In this document: positions 57,502 through 64,000 of the stretch, piece by piece | Numbering within the stretch: position 1 is the stretch's first letter | Layout of the letters: every line of letters begins with the position of its first letter | Program-made: the position numbers and the translations under genes | Assembly: GCA_902802305.1 (NCBI GenBank) | Contig: CADCLG010000020.1 | Coordinates: forward strand, 10,335-74,334 | Source: an uncultured Spirochaetaceae bacterium | Lineage (GTDB): Bacteria > Spirochaetota > Spirochaetia > Treponematales > Treponemataceae | DNA: 64,000 bases | Direction of reading: 5' to 3' | Notes under the pieces: model-generated | Seen by the model: the letters and a program-made list of their open reading frames with translations, nothing else | Told to the model about the DNA's origin: nothing | Databases searched by the model: none

Positions 57502-58328
57502 TTTGCATCTCCTACATCTACAACATCGTCATCACTGTTCAAACGGCGGCTGTTGCTGCTCTTGCTCTTACTGCTGCTGTTACTGTTACCGTTTGATGAA
57601 TCAGAATCACCGAAATCAACTTCATTCAATTCATAACCATCATAGATATAAGAAAGTGAATTAGATGTATATTTTAACTGATCAAAGAAAATTACATAAT
57701 TATCAACATATTCTTCTGCATCTGAACGAACTCTGAATCCAACAAGAGTAAGATTCTCTGGACCTGAACGCAGGTGTGAATGCTGCTGGATATAACCAGG
57801 TACATTAATAATTAAGTTTTTCCATCCCTTAAATGCAAGATTTCCAGCCTGAAGAACATGAATACGTCCTAAAGCATCTCTAATCAAAACCTCAAGAGTA
57901 TAGTTATAATTTGCTCCCCATACCCAGAAATCGATAGTACTTACATCACCAATAAAAGGAATTTCATAAGCCTTTCCGTCTTTTGTAGGATAAACTTCAA
58001 ACCAGTTATCGCCCTTTCTATTAAAAGCAGTCTTTACTCCGAAAACCTGATGATTTTCTCCACTGCCCTTTAATAACATTCTAAGGGAATTAGGTATTCC
58101 TTCATAATATCCAGTAAGCGGATAACCTTCTGCAACAAAACGACTGGAATTTACTGCCCAATCCCAACTTAAGGTATTACCGTTATACAGATAATTCTGA
58201 CCGTTTGCTTCGTCAAAATTGTCCATAATAAATGTCTCGATACTTCTTGAACTTGGCTGACTGAATGCAGGCAAACCAATTACAAAAAGGCATGCAAGAC
58301 CAACAAAGACTTTAAGTCCCCTATTCAT
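57498..58328 (-). CDS. flaA: Flagellar filament outer-layer (sheath) protein, FlaA family
   Basis: Signal peptide; FNRKGDNWFE, WVWGANY, LAFKGWKNL and FFDQLK motifs. Confidence 0.9.
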   Translation of the reverse strand: MNRGLKVFVGLACLFVIGLPAFSQPSSRSIETFIMDNFDEANGQNYLYNGNTLSWDWAVNSSRFVAEGYPLTGYYEGIPNSLRMLLKGSGENHQVFGVKTAFNRKGDNWFEVYPTKDGKAYEIPFIGDVSTIDFWVWGANYNYTLEVLIRDALGRIHVLQAGNLAFKGWKNLIINVPGYIQQHSHLRSGPENLTLVGFRVRSDAEEYVDNYVIFFDQLKYTSNSLSYIYDGYELNEVDFGDSDSSNGNSNSSSKSKSSNSRRLNSDDDVVDVGDAK

Positions 58329-58385
58329 GCAAAACTCCTTGAAACTTTTAACTATTCCGAAAGCTAAAAGATTTATACTCTTAGA

Positions 58386-58412
58386 TTTTCGGCATAATAC
58401 TTCTAATTTATA
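58386..58412 (-). promoter_or_regulatory. Possible sigma28 promoter for the flaA pair
   Basis: Minus strand TATA-N15-GCCGAAAA. Confidence 0.5.
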
Positions 58413-58553
58413 AGTTAAAAATAATTATATTTTGTATAACTTTGTTTGTCAAATGTAAAACAAGCTTGTTATGAAAAAACTTATAATTGAATAAATATGC
58501 AAATTACAATATGATATATAACAATAAATCTCTTTTATTAAGGAAGTTTTAAT

Positions 58554-59561
58554 ATGTTTCACAGTTACAAAGAATTAGGCCTCGTAAACACAAAACACAT
58601 GTTTGAGATGGCCTTCAAAGGCGGATATGCTATTCCTGCATATAACTTTAATAATATGGAGCAGTTGCAGTCTATTATTCAGGCTTGCGTTGAAACAAAA
58701 TCTCCAGTAATTCTCCAGGTTTCAAAAGGTGCTCGTGCTTATGCTGATAAGTACCTTTTGCGCCACATGGCAGCTGGTGCTGTTGAGTACGCTCATGAAT
58801 TAGGATGTGATATTCCTATCGTTCTTCACCTTGATCACGGTCCAAACTTTGAAGTATGTAAGGACTGTATCGATTCAGGCTTCTCTTCTGTAATGATTGA
58901 CGGTTCTGCTCTTCCATACGATGAGAACGTTGCTCTTACAAAACAAGTAGTTGAATATGCTCATTCACGAGAAGATTATGTTACAGTAGAAGCAGAACTT
59001 GGAGTTCTTGGTGGTGTTGAAGATGACGTTGCAGCAGAAGAAAGCCACTACACAAAACCAGAAGAAGTAATTGACTTCACAAGCAAAACAGGTTGTGACT
59101 CACTTGCTATTTCTATTGGTACTTCACACGGACGCTGCAAGTTCAAGCCAGAACAGTGTACACGCAATGCTGACGGAATCTTAATTCCACCTCCACTGGC
59201 ATTTGACGTTCTTGCAGAAATTGAAAAGAAACTCCCAGGATTCCCAATCGTACTTCACGGATCTTCTTCTGTACCTGTAAAATACGTTAAAGAAATCGAA
59301 AAATACGGCGGAAAGATTCCTGATTCAGTTGGTATTCCAGAAGAACAGTTAAGAAAAGCTGCAAAATCTGCTGTATGTAAGATTAACGTAGACTCTGACG
59401 GACGTCTTGCTATGACAGCTGCAGTTCGCCGCGTACTTGCTGAACAGCCAGATGTATTTGACCCACGTCTTTACCTCGGACCAGCTCGCGAAGAACTCAA
59501 GAAGATGTACGCTGACAAAAACATCAACGTATTCGGTTCAAACGGACACGCTTTAGACTAG
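58554..59561 (+). CDS. fba: Class II fructose-1,6-bisphosphate aldolase
   Basis: LHLDHG, GFSSVMIDGS, VEAELG, GTSHG, VLHGSS and KINVDSD motifs. Confidence 0.97.
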   Translation: MFHSYKELGLVNTKHMFEMAFKGGYAIPAYNFNNMEQLQSIIQACVETKSPVILQVSKGARAYADKYLLRHMAAGAVEYAHELGCDIPIVLHLDHGPNFEVCKDCIDSGFSSVMIDGSALPYDENVALTKQVVEYAHSREDYVTVEAELGVLGGVEDDVAAEESHYTKPEEVIDFTSKTGCDSLAISIGTSHGRCKFKPEQCTRNADGILIPPPLAFDVLAEIEKKLPGFPIVLHGSSSVPVKYVKEIEKYGGKIPDSVGIPEEQLRKAAKSAVCKINVDSDGRLAMTAAVRRVLAEQPDVFDPRLYLGPAREELKKMYADKNINVFGSNGHALD

Positions 59562-59633
59562 TAGAATACTTTTATCCGCTCAACATTCGAAATTATAAGT
59601 CAAAATCATAAACCGAACAGAAGCGGATAAAAC

Positions 59634-59681
59634 AAAAAAAACTGCTTGCAAGGGAAAATCCCGAAACAAGCAGTTTTTTTT
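59634..59681. terminator. Bidirectional intrinsic terminator after fba
   Basis: A8-ctgcttg...caagcag-T8; preceded by a second stem, ttttatccgct/agcggataaaa (59570-59632). Confidence 0.8.
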
Positions 59682-59706
59682 ATTTTTAATTTTTATTTCT
59701 TCTTAC

Positions 59707-60372
59707 TTACTCATTTTTTTTGTCAGAAAGCTTTTTATTAGACAAACTAAAGATAAAAACCATAAGAAGATAAAGCCCCGGAAGTACAAGATAAAAAACA
59801 TCAATCAAGATAATCAGAGAAAAATTATAATTTATTGCGTAAAGGGCATCGGAAATTGCAGGCACAAGCAGGGCAAGAATCAAAAGTAATCCGCTTATCG
59901 CTATAAAAAGATAATTTTTATCTAAAATTGACTTACGCAGGTAATGAAGCGAAATTGCAGCCAGGCATACTAGAGAAAGATAAAGAAGTGGACGCAAAAA
60001 CAAATCATAACCTGAATAAATAGCAGATGATGAACTTATTATATAATAAGGCATGTATATTGTATAAAAGCCGCTGATAAGGGGAAAGAATAATTTAACC
60101 TTATATTCCTTTGTATCTTTTACAATCAGAAAGAAAAAGAGATAGAGTACACATACAGGAAATATGCTCAATCTAAAGAGATAATAAATAAAGTTTTCCG
60201 AAAATGAAAAAGGTACAATTCTGTGTGAATAAGTAAAGAATACTTTAAAAGCACAGACTACAACGGCAGACATAATACCACAAAAAATTGGAACTATATC
60301 TTTTTTTTCTTTTGTCCAGCAGCAGTAAAGAGTTAATGCAAGCGGAAAAAGAAGCAATAAAAAAGTTATCAT
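59707..60372 (-). CDS. Hypothetical integral membrane protein
   Basis: About seven hydrophobic segments; starts 2 bp after the manA stop. Confidence 0.75.
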   Translation of the reverse strand: MITFLLLLFPLALTLYCCWTKEKKDIVPIFCGIMSAVVVCAFKVFFTYSHRIVPFSFSENFIYYLFRLSIFPVCVLYLFFFLIVKDTKEYKVKLFFPLISGFYTIYMPYYIISSSSAIYSGYDLFLRPLLYLSLVCLAAISLHYLRKSILDKNYLFIAISGLLLILALLVPAISDALYAINYNFSLIILIDVFYLVLPGLYLLMVFIFSLSNKKLSDKKNE

Positions 60373-60374
60373 AC

Positions 60375-61193
60375 TCAGTTCACCTTAGCTTTGATTTTCA
60401 TTATCGTTGCAGAACCGCAGATTGTTACTTTTTCGCCGGGTGCTACAGCATAAATCATTTCTGGCTGAATTGCTTCTTCTGCACTCTGGTCAGAATGAAT
60501 TGTCGCACCATTTGAAGAAATCACATAAATCAGCTGTACATCTGCAGGATTTGGAGTATCGGATTTACTGCATAAGAAAGACCAGCCGCCTTTTACGTTT
60601 ATTTTCTGTAAATCAAAATATTTACATTCAAATTGCCCTGGAAATGGCGCAACAGGAATCATTTCTTCACGCTTGATTACAGCTAGTCCTTTTTCTATAT
60701 GAACTTCACGGCCACGACCATAATCATAAAGACGGTAAGTTAAATCACAGGACTGCTGAACCTCCATAAGTCTGAGGCCGCCACCAATTGCATGAACCGT
60801 TCCGGCTGGAATAAAGACAAAATCTCCAGGTTTTACTTCTACATAATCAAGATACTGCTCAAGAGAATTATCTTTAATGGCATTGGCAAGAACTTCGTTA
60901 GAAAAGCCTTCTTTTATTCCGTAAACCAGTTTTGCTCCAGGTTCTGCATCAAGGATATACCAGCATTCTGTTTTTCCCCGATTGCCCTGACCTTCAAGTT
61001 TTACTGCCCAGTCATCATCCGGATGAACCTGAATAGAAAGGGCTTCGTTTGCCTGAATTACTTTTACCAGAAGAGGATAATCACCGCCACAAAAGGCCTT
61101 AAAATTATCCTGACAACCGTTTGGATGGGTTGAAGCAATCCAAAGTTCATAGCCCCATATTTTATCTGATTTTATTGAGTCAAGTTTTAACAT
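60375..61193 (-). CDS. manA: Type I mannose-6-phosphate isomerase (cupin)
   Basis: PLLVKVI, LSIQVHPDD, KTECWY, IPAGTVHAI and EVQQSCDLTYRLYDY motifs. Confidence 0.92.
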   Translation of the reverse strand: MLKLDSIKSDKIWGYELWIASTHPNGCQDNFKAFCGGDYPLLVKVIQANEALSIQVHPDDDWAVKLEGQGNRGKTECWYILDAEPGAKLVYGIKEGFSNEVLANAIKDNSLEQYLDYVEVKPGDFVFIPAGTVHAIGGGLRLMEVQQSCDLTYRLYDYGRGREVHIEKGLAVIKREEMIPVAPFPGQFECKYFDLQKINVKGGWSFLCSKSDTPNPADVQLIYVISSNGATIHSDQSAEEAIQPEMIYAVAPGEKVTICGSATIMKIKAKVN

Positions 61194-61221
61194 ATCATAT
61201 CTTCCAATATATTATTTTTAA

Positions 61222-62160
61222 TTATTTTTCCCAGAGTTTTTCAGGATAATATCCGGCTTTAATTTTCTTTGCGATTTCATCCTTTACAATCTGTCGGTCT
61301 TCTGGGTATGTCATACCAAACCAGGTTTCCTGAGAAGTAAAGAACTTGATAATTCCCTGTTTGTGGGCGATTATGTCACTTGAAGCAACAGGAAGAAGGG
61401 CTTCTGCTTTTGGAGATTCAAGGTTATTTTTAATAAAGTTTTCCCAATATACATGGAACTCTTCAAAAGCTTTAAGACTGAATCCAAAGAGATTCATACT
61501 AACCCATTCTTTACCGGTAAGAATCTTTTTTCCTTCCGGCATATCACTGATAATCTTATCGCTTTCGTCGTAGTAGATTTTAAGATTTTCTACGATTGAA
61601 TCTAATTCACCAATTGAACCATCAGCTGAAGCAGCATTTTCTTTTACTGTACATACACCGCGGCTAACTGAACCAGAACGGCTCATTGTATTTCCAAGAA
61701 CATAACCTACCATTGCATGTTCTGCACTGTCTGGACTTATAGAAGAAAGGTATTTTCCTAAGATTTCAAAAGCCTGTCTTCCGTAATAATCATCAGAATT
61801 GATTACTGCAAAAGGAGCATTAATGGCTTTTTCTGCACACAAAACTGCATGAGTTGTTCCCCAAGGTTTTGTTCTTCCTTCTGATTTTTTTATCTGCTCA
61901 TCATTTAAAAGACTTTCATGCTGCTGGAAAACATATTCAGCATCAAAATTGCGGGCAATTCGGTCAAAAAGTCTTTCTCTGAAGGCTTCTTCTATATCTT
62001 TGCGAATAATAAATACTACTTTACCAAAGCCGCTTTTCATTGCGTCATAAGTTGCAAAATCAAGAAGACATTCATCATGGAGGCCTACGCCATCAATCTG
62101 TTTTACTCCACCGTAACGGCTTCCCATTCCTGCTGCTAAAACTAATAATGTTGGTTTCAT
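61222..62160 (-). CDS. Sugar-phosphate nucleotidyltransferase
   Basis: LAAGMGSRYGG.KQ, KPWGT.HAV, VINSDDYYG and WFGMTY motifs. Confidence 0.9.
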   Translation of the reverse strand: MKPTLLVLAAGMGSRYGGVKQIDGVGLHDECLLDFATYDAMKSGFGKVVFIIRKDIEEAFRERLFDRIARNFDAEYVFQQHESLLNDEQIKKSEGRTKPWGTTHAVLCAEKAINAPFAVINSDDYYGRQAFEILGKYLSSISPDSAEHAMVGYVLGNTMSRSGSVSRGVCTVKENAASADGSIGELDSIVENLKIYYDESDKIISDMPEGKKILTGKEWVSMNLFGFSLKAFEEFHVYWENFIKNNLESPKAEALLPVASSDIIAHKQGIIKFFTSQETWFGMTYPEDRQIVKDEIAKKIKAGYYPEKLWEK

Positions 62161-62175
62161 TTTACTTCCTCATAA

Positions 62176-62877
62176 CTAATTTATTGCTGTTTCCAGAGCT
62201 AATTTTATCATATTTGTAAAAGTAGTCTGGCGCTCTTCTGCTGTAGTTTCTTCCTGAGTAACAAAATTATTACTTATTGTAAGAATAGCAAGAGCCTTTC
62301 TCTTAAACTCTGCCGCTAAAGTATACAATTCTGCGGCTTCCATTTCAATTCCCAAGACTCCGTACTTTTTCCAGAACTTCCAGGTCTCGTTTTCGTCATA
62401 AAAGCGGTCACCGGAAAAACAAAGTCCAACTTTGGCATCCAGTTTTAATTCTTTTGCTTTATTATAGGCGGTATTCAGCAATTCAAAATCTGGAACCGGT
62501 GCATAATGAGAAAAGCCGAATCTCTGTGTCTGTAAGGCTGAATCTGTACATGCGCCATTTGCCAGAATTATACTGCGGCAAGGAACATCCTCACTTACAC
62601 CTCCGGCAGTTCCTACGCGGATTGCCTTTTGTACATTATAAAACTGAAAAAGCTCCTGGACATAAATTGAAAGCGAAGGCTGCCCCATTCCTGTTCCCTG
62701 AACAGAAACTCTTTTTCCTTTGTAGGTTCCTGTATAGCCGTACATGCCCCGTACCTGATTGTAGCAGTGGGCATCTTCCAGAAAGTTTTCTGCAATAAAC
62801 TTTGCCCTTAAGGGATCTCCTGGCAGCAAAACAGCCTGGGCAATTGCGCCTTCAGGGGCGTTTATATGTGTACTCAT
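62176..62877 (-). CDS. deoD: Purine nucleoside phosphorylase, DeoD-type
   Basis: PGDPLRAK, GTGMG, IRVGT and EMEAAELY motifs. Confidence 0.97.
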   Translation of the reverse strand: MSTHINAPEGAIAQAVLLPGDPLRAKFIAENFLEDAHCYNQVRGMYGYTGTYKGKRVSVQGTGMGQPSLSIYVQELFQFYNVQKAIRVGTAGGVSEDVPCRSIILANGACTDSALQTQRFGFSHYAPVPDFELLNTAYNKAKELKLDAKVGLCFSGDRFYDENETWKFWKKYGVLGIEMEAAELYTLAAEFKRKALAILTISNNFVTQEETTAEERQTTFTNMIKLALETAIN

Positions 62878-62948
62878 AATTTTGTCTCCTTACAGATATT
62901 GATTATCATAATGACTGTTAAAACACTGTCAATTTTATTATATCACAC

Positions 62949-63521
62949 TTAACAGAATATAATTCCAAAAATTGCACCTAAAATCAAAAGAATTATTGGA
63001 TGCAGCTTAAACTTTAAGAGAAGAAAAGCAAAAATTGAATATGCAGCCAAATCTATCCAGTTAAAAAGTCCTTTCCAGCCCTCAAGTGTAGACAAGACCT
63101 CTATTGATTCAGGAACATTCACAAGCGCAAAAATAAATATGTGTAAGGCAGGTCCTAAAATCAGTCCGGTAGTTACCGGCCTTAAAAATGCAAGCGCGCC
63201 TTTTACATATACATTCTGGTTAAATTTTTTGAGAAAATGCGCAATTATGATTATTATGATTATTGAAGGAAGTACTTCGGCCAGGGTTGCTATTATTCCA
63301 CCGTGAATGCCATAGAGGGTATAACCTATGTAGGTTGCCATATTTGTGCCTAAAGGTCCCGGCGTACTTTCAGAAATGGCAATCATGTTATAAAACTGTT
63401 CGGTAGAAATAAGTCCTTTTGCAACGATGGTCTGCTGCATCAGAGTGATTGCAACCATTCCTCCACCGATTGTAAATAATCCTATGTAAAAAAATATGCA
63501 GGCTAAATAAAAAAGGTTCAT
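62949..63521 (-). CDS. Chromate transporter (short-chain CHR)
   Basis: FFYIGLFTIGGG and AISESTPGP..N.ATYIGY motifs. Confidence 0.93.
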   Translation of the reverse strand: MNLFYLACIFFYIGLFTIGGGMVAITLMQQTIVAKGLISTEQFYNMIAISESTPGPLGTNMATYIGYTLYGIHGGIIATLAEVLPSIIIIIIIAHFLKKFNQNVYVKGALAFLRPVTTGLILGPALHIFIFALVNVPESIEVLSTLEGWKGLFNWIDLAAYSIFAFLLLKFKLHPIILLILGAIFGIIFC

Positions 63522-64000
63522 TTTTCTTCTCCATCAGATTCTTCATGTAGTGTCTTTTCTTGAGTAACTTCTACACGTGCGGCTTCTTTTCGAACCTTTA
63601 TTACTGTAAGAATTATTCCGGTTGCAATTGCACAGAGAATTACTATAAACGAAGGTACATGAAAAAAGAAAATAAGTATAAAGGCAATTCCCATAAAAAG
63701 AGCATTCCAAACATTTTTTATTGTTTTTTGAGCAAACCTGACGATTACAGAAGTTAATAAAGCCGCTACTGCAACGTTAATTCCATTTAAAGCTTTCTGA
63801 ACCATTGGATAATCAGAAATTGAGTTTATAAAGTTGGCAAGAATCATTATGATTAAGAGGGAGGGAGTTACCATTCCCAAAGTTGCAATAATTCCACCAA
63901 TTATTCCGCATTGCTTGTAACCAACAAAGGTTGCAACATTTACAGCAATAATTCCCGGTGTACTCTGGCCGACTGCATAATAATCAATAAGTTCTTCTTC
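63518..64000 (-). CDS. Chromate transporter (short-chain CHR), 5' end beyond the window
   Basis: Frame is open to the window edge: EEELIDYYAVGQSTPGIIAVNVATFVGY... Confidence 0.92.
   Translation of the reverse strand, partial: EEELIDYYAVGQSTPGIIAVNVATFVGYKQCGIIGGIIATLGMVTPSLLIIMILANFINSISDYPMVQKALNGINVAVAALLTSVIVRFAQKTIKNVWNALFMGIAFILIFFFHVPSFIVILCAIATGIILTVIKVRKEAARVEVTQEKTLHEESDGEEK

Noticed and set aside
1..64000. tRNA, rRNA, IS transposase or prophage genes
   Set aside because: None recognised by eye on either strand; a tRNAscan/Rfam run would be needed to exclude small RNAs fully

Overview
AT-rich spirochete chromosome segment, most likely a gut/rumen-type Treponema (inferred from the two flaA sheath genes and the Treponema-style gene order). 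It is mostly housekeeping: pnp, rpsO, ribF, ilvE, queA-ruvBAC-yebC, flgBC-fliEFGHIJ, hslUV-xerC-topA-dprA-xerD, the dcw cluster mraZ..ftsZ, two flaA, fba, manA, deoD and a chromate transporter pair. The most unusual locus lies in an accessory block between rpsO and pnp. There, a non-coding array of five palindromic units, CCGAC-WAAA-[11-12 variable nt]-TTAATYTW-GTCGG (6185-6555), sits directly upstream of a co-oriented 315-aa protein with a PD-(D/E)xK/Vsr-like nuclease domain. This is a candidate array-plus-nuclease system with no cas genes in the window. Other notable items are a 91-bp structured tandem duplication before ilvE, a ~110-nt multi-stem intergenic element at 26.5 kb, a xanthine-dehydrogenase-like trio whose Mo-site motifs look degenerate, a hyperacidic SPOR protein, and inverted heptamer arrays between xerC and hslV. 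All calls come from reading sequence and motifs by eye; no searches were run.
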